Shown piece by piece: positions 1-12,688 of a stretch of DNA of 64,000 nt. The first letter of the stretch is position 1, and every line of letters starts with the position of its first letter. This DNA comes from Hyaloraphidium curvatum SAG 235-1 (taxonomy: Eukaryota; Fungi; Monoblepharomycota). The stretch spans positions 310,001 to 374,000 of the forward strand of contig JAIVFI010000013.1 in the NCBI GenBank assembly GCA_025558095.1, written 5' to 3'. The notes beneath the pieces are model-generated. The model ran no database searches and was not told where the DNA came from. It worked only from the letters and a program-made list of their open reading frames with translations. The position numbers and the translations under genes are program-made.

Positions 1-88
1 GTTCTCCATGTGGGACACCTCTTTGCTACCCAGTAATCGCGGACATATTCGTGCGCGCAAAGTGCTCGACCACCAAGGATTGAATTTT

Positions 89-1209
89 CTACACGGATCG
101 TATCCGATCTGCTATCTCGGCCCACTTCCGCTCGGCGGTTTCAAACCACTGCAGGTGGGCGTCACCGAACTGCTTGCCAAGCTCCATGAGCCTAAGGTTT
201 TGTTCCGAGAACCCATCCAGGGCACTCCTCATCTGCCCTTTCGTCGGTTTCTCGCCGATGATCGCCGCGAACTCGTCGATCCCCTCGGAAAGCGCGCGGC
301 AACAGTCTGCCACCTCATCGACAAGCGCGATCTCGGCCTCGGATTCCTCGTCACTCTCGACCAGGCAGCGCTTCTTTAGTTTCTGAAACACCATCCTAAT
401 CAGCTTCAAGAGATTGGTCCCTTGCTGGGCGACCTGGCTGCGCTCTTCCGGCCCGTACGGTTCATCCTCCAATCCCAGGTCGGCAACAGCGTCGGCGACG
501 GAGTCCGTCGAAGAAGGACCTTCATGGTCGTCTTCGTCGCTGTCCGAATCGTCCTCCCCATCTCCTTCGACGTCGTTCGATTCGACCTCGGCGATCGCAT
601 CGTCCAAAAGTTCCAGCAAATCCGAAAGCTCCTTCGCGGCCAGGGCCTTGCCAGAGAGCGGCGTCGACTTCAGCTTCGCCGCAAGGTCCCACACCTGACC
701 CGTGGTAGCAAAGGAAGGCTTCCGGTGGCCCGCCTTGATCTGCTCGATGTGGCCGTGGACCAGCGCAGCCAGCGCGGCGAGCAGGTCAAAGGTGATTTCC
801 TTTAGCGTCCTCGAGAGCTGGCGCCCCCGGGAAGCTGGAATGGCATCAACGATGCAAAAGGTCCGTTCAACGATGCCGTAGAGATCGTTGCAGAGCACGG
901 CCGCCGACCTCCGGTCGTAAGGCGGTTCGTTCAAGAAGATGCCTAGTTTCGTTGTGTTGTGGGCGAGCAGGGAAGCCTCGCGATCTGAAATCAGCCGTCA
1001 GAATGCCAGAGCCTAGTGAAGGAAGAGCTCGGGAACACACCGAGCTGCCTTCGCACGTCCGTGGGGTCGAAGCTGTCGAACGCCGTGGAGGGCTGTGGGG
1101 CGTCGGACTTCATGGCCAAAGCCACGGCTGCCAGCTTGTCGAGCAAATCCTGCAGCTCGTCTACGATCTCGCTCGGCGGCGAAGACGCCGCTGGTTTCCG
1201 AGGCGGCAT
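89..1209 (-). CDS. CCNDBP1: Cyclin-D1-binding protein 1 / GCIP-family protein (spliced)
   Basis: Exon 1 MPPRKPAA...VRRQL splices (GT..CTGAC..AG) into ...AHNTTKLGIFLNEPP. It has the TGQVW motif, an acidic D/E tract and a helical C-terminus typical of the GCIP family. Confidence 0.7.
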
Positions 1210-1301
1210 CGTTTGCGTTGTTTGCCTTTGTTTACGGCTTACGAACATCTCTCCCCAAAACCTTTCACGTCGTCCCCGTTTGCAGGCGCCTGATCGGCTC
1301 G

Positions 1302-2359
1302 ATGATCCGGGTCGCGAAGCCCAAGAATGCGCGCTCGAAGCGGGCGCTGGAAAAGAGGGAGCCCAAGCTAGTGGAAAATGCCAAGAACGCACTGTTCGTA
1401 CGAGGAACGACAACCAACGGCGTGGTGAACGAGGCTCTCCGGGACCTGGTGGGACTCGCGGCCTTGCTTCTCTGCCTCGGAGCCTCCGTCCTTACCCTTC
1501 GCCCGGCCAGTGCTCGCTCAAGAAACCGCACGGCTTGCTCTTCTCGAAGCGGAACGACGTGCACCCCTTCGACGACGTCACACCCCTCCATTTCCTGTCT
1601 GAAAAGAACGATGCCTCCCTTGTGGTCGTCGGGACACACTCGAAGAAACGGCCATCGAACCTCGTCTTTGCCCGCATGTTCAACCACGAGGTTTTGGACT
1701 TGATCGAGCTCGGCGTCCTGAACTGGAAGCCCATGAGCGCCTTTGCCGCCGTCAAGGCCGCGGTCGGTCTGAAGCCGCTGATGGTGTTCAGCGGGGACAT
1801 TTTCGACCAGCGCGAGGACTACGCGAAGCTAAAGAACATGCTTCTGGACTTTTTCCGCGGCGAGGAGGTGGACAAAATCAGCCTCAGCGGGCTGGAGTAC
1901 GTCATCTCCATCACGGCCGAAGCGCACGAGCCGCCGCGGCTGCTCGGGAGGGTGTTTTTCCGCGTGTACACGGTGACGCTAAAGAAGTCGGGAGTACGGT
2001 TGCCGCGGGTGGAACTGCAGGAGATGGGGCCTGCCATAGACTTTGCGATCAGGAGGACGCGGTTCGCCAACCCGGAGCTCGCGAAGCAGGCGACAAGGGT
2101 GCCGAAGGAGCTAAAGGTTTGTTCGCACCTTTCGCTGCGCCGGGCCAATTCGCTGATCGCTGTCCAGCCGACCAAGACAAAGAACATCTCGAAGGATGCC
2201 ATCGGAGACAAGTTCGGACGGATACACATGAAGCAACAGCCGTTGAAGGAGCTGCAGTTGCGAAAAATGAAGGGCTTGAAGCGGAAGCCCGAGGAGCAGG
2301 ACGGCGACGGCGGTCCGGTGGCGAAGAAGCGGGCAGGCAAGGGGAAGAAGGCGGTCTGA
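1302..2359 (+). CDS. RPF2: Ribosome production factor 2 (Brix domain)
   Basis: MIRVAKPKNARSKRALEKREPKLVEN, KNDASL..GTHSKKRP, PRVELQEMGP, GRIHMKQQ; intron after ...LRDL at ca. 1449-1510. Confidence 0.95.
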
Positions 2360-2377
2360 TAGCTTTGTTCTTTGTCT

Positions 2378-5300
2378 TCAAGAGCCAATGTTGGCCCACC
2401 GTGCCCTCGTCACCGTGGCCTCCCGCCTGATGGCCTTGCGCCGGTCGTCCGATGCCCTGTCCAGGGCCCGCAGCACAGAAGGCTTGAGAGGGTGCAGCCG
2501 ATCGTACGGCATTACCAACGCAATCGCGGCCAGTGCACGCAGCGCCTCGCTTCGCACGGATTCGGTGTTGGTGGGCGTCGGTTCTAGCAGCGCAAGAAGC
2601 TTCGCAACGGCCGACGGCGCGTGGCCCGCAATGATCTCGCTGGAATCGCTAAAGCTTCGAACAAATCCGACGGCGTGCGCCTTGAGCCGCGAGTTCGGGA
2701 CCGCGAGTGCATCGAGGAGCAAGGGGAAGATTTTGGCCAGGTTCTGCGCGATGAGTGCTGGCGGAACATCGGCAAGTATGTTCACGAGAGCTGTCAGGCT
2801 GTTAGCCTTGGCAACTGTGTCTATGGTTAGTAGGTAATCACCCGCAAAGACTCGGTCGGCCGCACCGTCGTTCGAAGATCCGCAGCCTGCAAGCAACAGC
2901 GGAAATACGAGGCCAAAGAACTTTTGCCTATAGAGCGGCTTGACCACTGCGTGGTTCGCCTTGCTAATGGCTTGCTCACTATCGGAGATGTATATCGTGA
3001 ACGATTCCGCTGCCTGACCGCCCAACGTCGCATCTCCGAGCAGGGCGACAACACGCTGGACATGCTCGGGAGCGGAGCGCAGGACAACGGCACGCAAGAC
3101 CTAAGGGTAATGACCGTCAATGCAGATCGGGCGACACTTCGCGCAGGGTCCCACCCAAATGAGCAGGATCAGCACACGCCGCCGCTCGGTTTCGGCCGTG
3201 CCCATGTCCTGCAGCTGCGGCCCTGCAGTGCCCACGAACTCTTGAACAAAGCTCCGAACGGGGGCATCTGGCCATCGATCGCTATGAGCAACGCTGGGAC
3301 CGCACCGACGCCATACCTTACCATCGTAAAGCTTATTGATCAATGAAGATGCCGCCTTGGCAAGCGAGATCGTCAGCACAGGGGACTCGCTAGCTGCTGC
3401 TTCCTGGAACAGCGTCCTAAGGAACCCAGCGGCGTCCGGAACGGGCAGGGGGGTCTACATCAACGAGATTAGTGGAAGGAGTGGTGCGAACACACTAGAC
3501 AAACCTCGCGGCGCAGCGCGATGATGGATGAAGCAAAGAGAACGGACAGCATTGTAACCTCCTGTTTCGAGTCGTGCACCAAGGGAGCCATCCGTCCAAG
3601 TACGCCAATGGGTGAGGGATCTGCGTCCACAAACACCTTGAATGCCTCGGCAACGAGGGACTGCTGCGCAACCACGGAAAGGCTGCGGACGACCGTGGTA
3701 GTAATGTTCGAAACCGGAGGTAGTGTGGTTTGAGCAAACGAAGCTCCCTTGGAAACCGAGCGGAAGCACTCGGCCCAGAGAGGAAGCACCACCAGCGAAA
3801 CCAACGCATCGGCAAAGTCCGTAGATTGAGCGCCCAGTTTTTCCGCGATCGCAAGCACGGTTCCGAGGACGAGTTGCGCTTCCTCGTCACCTTCCTCACT
3901 GGTGGTCGAGTCCAAGCGCTCGCGAACGGCCGCAACTCTTCGTATCAATGCGGAAAGAACGCTTGGTGCGGACTCAGTGTGCAAAAGCGTCACTTCCTTG
4001 AGGCAATGGAGGTGCCACTCCAGGTCTTTCGCCGCGTCGAGATTGTCCAAGAGCCTCGGGATTGTGAGCAGTATCGTCAGCGAAGGATCGTCCGCTTCGA
4101 GCCGAAGCACATCAGCAAGGCACTCCTCTCGGACTTTCGGGTCCTCCGATGCCAACATGGCGTCCAGAACCCTCGCGAAGCAATCCTCTGCCTCTTCCGA
4201 TCCAACTAGCCGCGACTGAATTGCGGCGCGCAGTCCACGAGCTCCCGGGACCGCGACGGCCGCGAGGTGCCGATCCTCGCCAGCAGCTTTCCTAAAAGTG
4301 GCAAGCAGGGCGTCCTTAAACTGCAGCAAAGGATTGGACAAGTCGTCGGAATGATTCACGCCGCCATCGTTGTCCGTGGGTCCATAGAGGGCAATCCCGG
4401 CAACAGCAAGATCAGCCAAGACGTCTAAAGATGTCTTCCGACGCTTTGGCTCGGGTTCCGAGTCGGCAAACGACAGCAGCTTGGGAACGGCAACCTGGGC
4501 GGCGTAGGAAAAGGCCGAATCCGACGAGGATGCTGCTGCGACGACGAGTCGGCCACCAGTTCGGGCGAGCTTCGACTCTGGTTCCTTCATGTGAGAGAGG
4601 CAGTCGGTAACGATCAGCTTCAGCAGCTTCTCCAGGGGGTTCATGCTGTTCTGGGCAGGGCTCGACGAGAGGGTCGCCAAGATGGAACGCACGCAGAATA
4701 GAGCGTTCTTCTGCTCAGCGGAATCCTCCTGGGCCTTTTCGACGTCGTCCTTCAGCAGCTCCCAGATGTTTTCGATGTGCGGGGCGACGGCTGCAATGCC
4801 GTACACAGGAGCACAAGCCGCAATCAGCTCCACTGCATCACGCTGGTGGCCAAACTTGAGCAAGAGCGTTCCGATCAGTCGCGCCGGAATGAAACACACC
4901 TTGGCTGCACCTGACGTGGTGCCAAGTTTCTCGACCAGTGCCGGCATCGCGTACTCTGCAAAGGCGGACGTGGAGCGCAGGCACTCGCTGGTCGCCTCGC
5001 TGGTCAGCGAACCGGTCGCCCTTGTGCTTGACGTGAACCCACCTCAAAGAATTCTTGAGATGCTCCGCCGTGATTCCGTAGACATCATCCGGCGGAGGCC
5101 GGAACGTGATTGGGAAGTAGGAGAAAAGCAGCTCGAACAGTTCCTTCGCGGAGAGTCAATCATTGCCGTATGGTGACCAATACGAATCAAATACCTCAGC
5201 GTAGGGCTGGATATCAAGCGCGTCAATCAAATCGCGCGTGAGCTTGAAACCCAGTAGCAGGTTCCGAGGATCCTTTTCCCCTTCGAGAGCGTTGATGAAG

Positions 5301-5983
5301 CCCGGCAGAAACTGCGGCTCTTTCCGGAGCTCCGGAGTGTACTTGTCCAAGGAATGCTGGACGATCTGGAAGACCTTGTGCCGCACCGACTGCTGGTAGC
5401 CCTGAACGTTGAAGTTCTCCACCAAGCTGTAACGCGCTTAAGGAACATAGCCGACACGGCAACCCAAGAGGCACCAACTGGACCGGAATAGTGACCGCCT
5501 GCGACTTTGCGATCTTGTCCGACTTCAGAATGCTCTCGAGCCCGTCGAGCAGCGCGGGGACGCTCTGGTGGTCGTGCAGCCGCGACAGGTAGAACTGGGT
5601 CAGGTTCGGGACTGGGACAGCATGATGGCATGGTGAGCACCGCCAAGAAGTACGCGAACGCCCGGGAATGGCAACCTACTCGTCCGGTTGGGAATCGCAG
5701 TCTGCTTCAGAACGGCGCTCAGCAGTTCGGTCCCCCGAGCGCGAACGGCCGCGTCCTCGTTCGTCAGAGTTGGTCCTAGAGCCTCCACAATCCCGAGTAG
5801 CGACGTCGTTCCATCCTGAATGACTGGAAAGCCGCGTTGTCTCCCTCAGCGGAGGACGGATCCGTGAGCCGTCGAGGCCTCACGTGAAACGATCTCGTGC
5901 ACGGCCCCCTCCTTCGCGCTGTCTTGCTCCCCGGCGCCTAGATAGACGTGTATGCTCCCCAGGACGTCCTCTGCCGCGGCCAT
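2378..5983 (-). CDS. MMS19: MMS19/MET18 cytosolic Fe-S assembly HEAT-repeat protein (multi-exon)
   Basis: LGPTLTNEDAAVRARG, EGEKDPRNLLLGF, FSCYFPITF, and C-terminal DDRRKAIRREA..RARW. ATG at 5983 inferred from exon chaining. Confidence 0.92.
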
Positions 5984-6103
5984 CGCGGTCAAGTTGCGAT
6001 CCGATGTTATTGTTTGTCTCAGCCGCTCGATCTAATCCATCGCTTTCGCCCTCTTGCTGTGGTTGACTCTTTGCGCGTGTTGACCGCCTGATCGTGCCGG
6101 GAA

Positions 6104-7710
6104 ATGTCCGACGGAGCGAGGCAGCCCCTTCTCCGGGACGATGAGGTCGACGAGGAAGACGTGGAGCAAGCCCGACCTTTAGACCGTGTTTCGACGGCGG
6201 CGCGTGCCTCCAAGTGGGCAAACGTCCGCGCACGCGTCAACACGTTGAGCGCGGTCAAGAGACCCCGTGGCGGTGTCCTTCCGAGGGTTATCGGTGCCGA
6301 ACCTTCTGGTCCCACGCGAGATGCTTTGCGGAACATGGCTGTCAATGTTCCTGCGGTGGCCACGATCGTGGAGTTTGGCTCGAGCGCCTTTAAAGAGTCG
6401 GGGAACCTGAGCAACGCTGCGTTCCTTGCCGCGCTTGAGGAGCTCGGTCCCCTGGAAGCCCCCTTTCGCGCGCGGTGGATCAACATCTCGGGCCTCTCGT
6501 TCGACGTGCTGGAGGCGCTCGGCGAAAAGTACAAGCTCCACCCGCTTGCCCTTGAGGACATGGCGCACGTACCACAGCGCACGAAAGTGGACTATTACCA
6601 GAATTTCGTCTACGTTTCGTGCTCCCTCATCCTGAAGGAATCGAACAGCGACGTGTCGCGGCTGCAGCGCGCGGCCACAGCCTTGGATTCCCGAGCGCGA
6701 GTCGGGGATGCAAACTCGACTCGGGCCCCGCTTCTCAAGGCAGGGAAGCAGAGCGGGAAAATGAGCTGGCTCTCTGTTGAGAACATGCTGGCTGCGGTGG
6801 ACGCAATTCAATGCAGCCTTCTGCTCCTGAAGGATGGGACGGTGGTTTCTGTGTTCCAACGCGGCGGTGACGGAGTGCGCGAGCCCGTGGACGAGAAACT
6901 GCGCACTTCGGGGACCATGCTGCGGGAGAGCGAGGACCCGAGCTTTCTCCTGCACGCTCTGATGGATGCCATCATCGATTTGGCATCCGAGGTCGTGGAA
7001 GCGTACGAAGAAGATGTTGCGCTGTCGGAAGCAGCCGTGTTGAGGGACCCCAACGTCGATTCCTCGGCGGAGGTGCACTTGATTCAGGGCGAACTCGTCG
7101 CTTTACGGCGTGCAATCGCACCCCTCAGATCGGTGATTGCTTCTCTGAAATCAAATCGCACGGAGAACCGCGATTGGGACCCGATTTCGGACACGACTCG
7201 AGTTTTTCTGGGTGATCTCCACGATCACGTTTCGCAGGCCGTGGACAACCTCGATTCGCTCGAGCGGCAAGCCGCGAGCCTCATTGAGTTTATTTTCAAC
7301 CTCATGAGCATCAGAACGAACGAGAGCATGCGTTCGTTGGCCGTGGTGTCGATCGTCTTTCTCCCGGTCACCGTAGGGCCTTTTCTGTGCTCTCCAGTTC
7401 TCCACCGCGGGCTCCTAACCTCCCGAGGACCCTCCCAGTTCCTTGCGTCAGTCTACGGTACAAATTTCCAAGGCGGGATCGACGATGCTTGCATTCTCCG
7501 CGCAGCGTGACTTACAATTGTTGGCAGACTTCCCTGACATCCATGAGCGTTCGATTTACTAGCAAGTACGCTCCGATGAGTATACGCCGCTTCTAATGGA
7601 CCTTTTGCAGCTTCTGGGCTCTCTGCGCTGTGATAACGGCCGCCGTTCTCATCTTGCTCAGGGTTACGAACTTTGTGACGTGGCCACGGAACCCGTTCAG
7701 GCGATTCTGA
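6104..7710 (+). CDS. CorA/ZntB-family divalent cation transporter
   Basis: RWINISG, KYKLHPLALED, QRTKVDYY, FLLHALMDAIID, NESMRSLAVVSIVFLP(V)T|FLASVYGTNF, and a second TM helix YFWALCAVITAAV. Three 3' introns, two with GC donors. Confidence 0.88.
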
Positions 7711-7926
7711 ATCTGCGAGGGACACTTATGCACGGAGACACTATTTCGGTGTTTGATGGTGCGATTTTGAGCAGCCGATACGGACGGATGGGCGCCTGAT
7801 GGAATCATCTTACTCGCGGTGACGATCTTCGTATATCATTGGTCATACAGGTCTTTTGTCAACAAAGCAGTCATCAAGAACACTCAAGCTAACACGTATC
7901 GTCCAGCCTCCACAACTCCTCCAAAC

Positions 7927-10900
7927 TCAATGCGTCCTCGCGTTCGTGAACGCCGTCGAACTGATGGGCCCCATCGAGTTCTCGTTGATGAGCCCGTCCA
8001 GATCGCTGTAGGACATGATGCCCCCGATCCCCTGCGAACGGAGGAACTGGAGGTAGAGCGCATTGCTCGCCGTCGGCAGGCCGTCAGACGCCGGCGCGGC
8101 GGCTGGGGGGTGCATTGCCGCGTCCGATCTCGTGCCTGCGGCCGCTTCCGTCGGCGGCAGCTCGCTCCTTGCCGTCTGCGGGGGCGACAAAGGCGTCGAC
8201 GGCCCGTTCGCCACGAGAGACACGGTGGAACGCGAAGATTGGGCGTCCACGGCGTGCCCGGGGGAAGACTTGGACTTGACCGTGAGCGACGAGTCGATCA
8301 GCTCGTCCGCGTAAGCCTTGCGGTACGGATTGGTGCGTTCCATTTCCTGCAAAAACTCTGCAGACGCGGCGCATGAGCCGAGGGTGAAGCACGCTGGCCC
8401 ATCACTCCGCGCTCACCGAACTTGCGCTGCTCCATCCGATCAATGAGGTCCACCGCCGGAAACTGCCCGTTGAACTCCCCGACATCCTCGAGGAGCTTGG
8501 CAAGATGGCTCGCCAGCCGGTTCCCGCTGCGGTTGGTCTTGCCCTGCTTCTGCAGGGTCCACACCAGCGTCTCCACGCAGCCCTTGATAAAGTCGGCGGA
8601 GTACTCGGGGCCGATGAGGCCCAGGCTGGCCGCGCGCATCCCCACGAGGCCGACCATGCCCAGCTGGAACGTGCAGTAGGGCAGGAAGGGCTGCGAGCAC
8701 TACTTTAGCGCCAGAGCAACCGAAGAAAGGGAAAAGCCCACCCCGCCAAACTCCAGCACGTCAGGATCCTCGCTCCGGTCCCGCACGAATGCCATCATCC
8801 TGCTGACGCGCTTCACGCTGTCCAGGCACTTGACCATGAGCGAAGACGCGACCCAGAGGAGCCCTGCTTCCTCGGAAAAGAACTGCCGAAAGACACATCA
8901 GCTGGCGCGACCTTGTCACATCGGAGGAACCCACTTTCTCGCCGACCCAATCTCGGAACTCGCCCGGTCCGAACAGAAGACTGAGCAGGTAGTGGTACTT
9001 GATGAGCACCGAGTAGCCCCACCGCACGTCCTCCCCCAGCTTGGGGATACCCGGCCGCCCCGAGTCGTCGAGCTCGATGACCCATGCCGGGAGCTGGCTC
9101 CTCCAGCCGTGCAGCGCTGCCGAAATCTCGGGATCCGCGAGGTGCGACACGTTGCGGCAGCGGCAGCGGCAGCGGTGGTCCACCAGCTTTCCGAAGGCGA
9201 GGTAGAGCTTGGCCGTGTGCGCAAACGGGCCCAGAGGCTGGGTGACGCCCGACGTGTACGGGATCACCGAGTCCCCGACGCGGCCGAATGCCGACTGCGC
9301 CGGTTCCTCCGGCGTCTGGGGCTGGGCGAGCTCGGGCGCGTGGTCGTTCAAGAGAACCGAGATGGGGATGCCCGTGGGATCCACCCCGGAGTCGGCGGGC
9401 AAGTCGGCGTTCCAAATCAGGTCGTGGCAGGGCAGCGCCACGAAAATATCCTCCTCCTTGATCCCGCAGAAGACGCTGACGGCCGTCGCGTGAAGCCGGT
9501 CCACCATGACCGCGGCCCAAAAGGTCCTGCGCTCCGTCTCCTTCTCGATCCAGCTCATGTTGCTGCGGTCCTGGAACGAGACGAAGCCCCGCGGGACCGA
9601 GCGGCGGGCTTGCAGGTCGGGATCGGCGAAGAGGTGGAGGTGTTTGGCCATGCTCTGGCACAGGGCGGACCAGAAGACGGCCTGCGACCCAACACCAATC
9701 CGCACGGTGGTCATGATGAGCAGAAGCTGTAGCAAGACCGCATCAGCTACGCCAGCTACGTCAGCGGAGCGCACGGTTTAACCCACAATTGCCTGCACCG
9801 TGGTGATGTTAGATGGTCGGTCCATTTCCATCTTGTACTGGGCCTTGGCGCGGTTGTAGAGGTTCATGGGCGACACCCTCGAGTCCTTGCTGAAGCAGGA
9901 TGCGGCGGCGTAAACCGAAAGCTGAAGCAAAGGAGGCAGCGTGCTGAAGGTGCGCAGAATGGTCGGCTTGTGGAGGAATGGCTGGTAGTGGTGGATGTTG
10001 TTGAAGTAGAGACCGACCAGCTCGTTGAGGCACTCTTGTGGAGGCATCGGAGGCAGCGCGTCAAACACGCTGAGCGAGTCCGGGACGGAGGTGGAGCGAG
10101 CGCCGCTGGTTTCCGCCCCTTCGGCAGCCTTGGACGCCGGGGGATCCTGCGGCTGCGGGGTGCTCGGGGCCGCAGATCCACCACGCGATGCTGCCGGGTT
10201 CTCGATCCGAGGAAGCATCGCCGCGGTGCCGGCAAAGGCCGACAGGGAGGCATGGGCTGGCTCGGGCGGCGGGTGGGGCGACAAGGCCGCGTATCCGAAT
10301 GCAGGAAAGAACGAGGTGTTGTACGAGGCCTGGATACCGTACGTCGACTGGCCTCCGGGGCTGTGCGGGTACATGGTGGCCAAACCCGGGTCGGGGAACC
10401 CCGGCGCCGTCGGCGTGGTGGCCGATCCCCAGCTGGGGGCATAGGAGGGCGGAATGGAGATGGCGGGGACTTCGGGGTAGTACGGGCTCCGCGGCGGCGA
10501 GGCCCGCGACGAGTAAGCCGAGGGCGAAGGCATGTGCATGTCCCGGGAGGGTGCCGGTACGTTCAGGCCGGCAAAGATGGGCTCGGGGAAGGTGGGCACC
10601 CCGAAGTGGCCCGCGGCAGAGAAGTCAGGCCCATAGTCCTGAACAGCGTACTCGAAATCCGACCGCCCTGCGCGGCCGTTGGCGCCGCCGCTGCGGGGGG
10701 CGGGAGAGCCATGGGTTGAGGCGCCCTTGCTCGGCGGCCCGCCATCGGTCTTGACGCGCTTTGCGCCGCCGTGGACGGAGCCCTTCTGCGGGCCGCGCTT
10801 CTTGACTGCGGGCGAGGGCAGCGGCCGCCGAGTGGGTTCCGGTGCGGGCGGAGGTGGGCGTGGGTGGCAAATAGGGATCGGCGGGCGGGGGGCCGGGGGC

Positions 10901-11263
10901 CGGCATCGGCGGCACGACGCGTCGCGGGGCAAGAGCGGCGATCGACGGGCGACGGGCGGGCGGCGTCAGGGCGGGCGATCGGCGGCGGCGTGCGAACGCA
11001 CCCTTCCGCGTGTAGATGCAGTCCAGCCCGGTGCGCAGGCAGCGCGAGCACGTTGTGCCGGGGCCCGACCCGTCGCACTTCGAGCGGCGCTTCGAGCAGT
11101 GGTCGCACGCGGTCGTCGCGCGGATTCTCTCGCCCGGCGGCCGCTTCTTCTTGCGGCGCGGCGGTTGCGTCTGGTCGGCGTGTCCGGCCAGCGGCGCGCC
11201 GTATTCGCCGTCGCTCGGCTCGCTGCCGCTCTCGCCGGACGACCCCGAGCCGCCGTCGGACAT
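7927..11263 (-). CDS. Zn(II)2Cys6 transcription factor with fungal-specific TF (middle homology) domain
   Basis: ACDHCSKRRSKCDG...CSRCLRTGLDCIY, LYFNNIHHYQPFLHKPT, ERRTFWAAVMVD; multi-exon. Confidence 0.93.
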
Positions 11264-11433
11264 GGCGGCGTCGGCACGTAGAGCGGAATGACTCGGGGGG
11301 CAGTCCCGGTGGGTTTCCGGGTGAAAGCTGAGGGCAGAGGATCATCTCGCCAGACTTTTACTCGCGCAAGGTGCGACTAAATCGCAGGCAACCATCATTG
11401 AAGATCAAACAAACATTCTTACCAGCCGTTGCG

Positions 11434-12672
11434 ATGTCCCAGCAGCATCTCGTCGACCGCCGGGACGTCGCCCAGAAGCTGTGGCGGGGCGGGATGTGCC
11501 AGACGAGTTGGATATGCCGCGTGTTCGGGGTGGACCGCAGTACCTTCTGGCGATGGATGAAGGTCGACTTTTCCGCCGATGCACCTGCTCGAAAGCGCGG
11601 CGGCCGACCCTGTAAGGTGACGCCGGAGCGGGCCAGGTGGCTCGCCGAGCTCGCCGTCTCCCGGGTGACCTGCAACCAGCGGGAGATGGCACGGGAGTTC
11701 GAGCGCGAGTTCGGGGTAGCCATCTCGCAGCAGACCGTGTCGCGTATTCTGGGCGAGCAGGGCATCGTGAGGAAGAAGCTAAAGTTCGTCAGCCCCGAAG
11801 CCATGGCCAAGCCGGAGCGTCAGGTTACCTTCCATGAGCGCATCGCCGGCGTGGAGCCCGAAAACCTCGCCGCCCTCGACGAGTCGAGCTTCCACATCAA
11901 CGAGGGGCCCACGCACGGCTACGCTCGCAGGGGCCAGGAAGCCGTCGTCGAGAGGAGCGGCGACCGCGGCACCAAGCTCACCCTGGCTCTCTGCGTGTCC
12001 ATGGTGCCCAGGCCGAGCAACTACGGCGGCTGCGTCGTGTCGTACGAGCTCTATGAGGGCAACATGAACGGCGACCGCTTTGTACGCTTTCTCGGAACCA
12101 TAGGAGCAGGCCGGCGCGCCCAGCAGCACGGAGACGGCGACAGGCAGAGCGGGGAACGGACATCCGAGGAGCTCGTAGTCATCCCCGACAATGCTGGCTA
12201 CCACGGCTCGCCGGTGCGGAAGACCAAGGACGCGGACGGCCAGACTGTTTACCGGGACTCGTCGGCCACGAAGTCGCACCGCGCGGTGCACGATGCCGCC
12301 AAGGCGAACGGGCTGCGGATGACTTACATGCGCCCGCGCTCACCGCAGTTCAATCCGACGGAGCCCACGTTTTCCGTCATCAAGCGACGGGTGAGGAAAG
12401 ACTGCCTGACCACGATGGAGGAGCTCATCGCCTCCATCCGCAGCGCCATCGACTACGTCGCTACCATGGACCTGTCGAAGATGTTTCGGCACTGTCTGAA
12501 GGCGAGCAAGACCGAGTACGATCGGATCAACGGCGCTGCGGGCTTGCTTGCTTTGTCGGGCGGTTCCGCGGCGAGGGAGGAATCTCCCTTTCGTGCTTCT
12601 TTTCAACCCCTACACATATCGCACCGGGATCACTCGCTGGCGGCCGTCTTCCCGGTAGCAGCTGAGCCTTAG
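11434..12672 (+). CDS. IS630/Tc1-mariner superfamily DDE transposase (intronless, DD57E)
   Basis: N-terminal HTH (ICRVFGVDRSTFWRW), GGRP linker and second HTH (ISQQTVSRIL). Catalytic LDES (D 11878-80), PDNAGYH (D 12187-89), SPQFNPTE (E 12361-63). Confidence 0.92.
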   Translation: MSQQHLVDRRDVAQKLWRGGMCQTSWICRVFGVDRSTFWRWMKVDFSADAPARKRGGRPCKVTPERARWLAELAVSRVTCNQREMAREFEREFGVAISQQTVSRILGEQGIVRKKLKFVSPEAMAKPERQVTFHERIAGVEPENLAALDESSFHINEGPTHGYARRGQEAVVERSGDRGTKLTLALCVSMVPRPSNYGGCVVSYELYEGNMNGDRFVRFLGTIGAGRRAQQHGDGDRQSGERTSEELVVIPDNAGYHGSPVRKTKDADGQTVYRDSSATKSHRAVHDAAKANGLRMTYMRPRSPQFNPTEPTFSVIKRRVRKDCLTTMEELIASIRSAIDYVATMDLSKMFRHCLKASKTEYDRINGAAGLLALSGGSAAREESPFRASFQPLHISHRDHSLAAVFPVAAEP

Positions 12673-12688
12673 GTGTGAGTTCATGACA

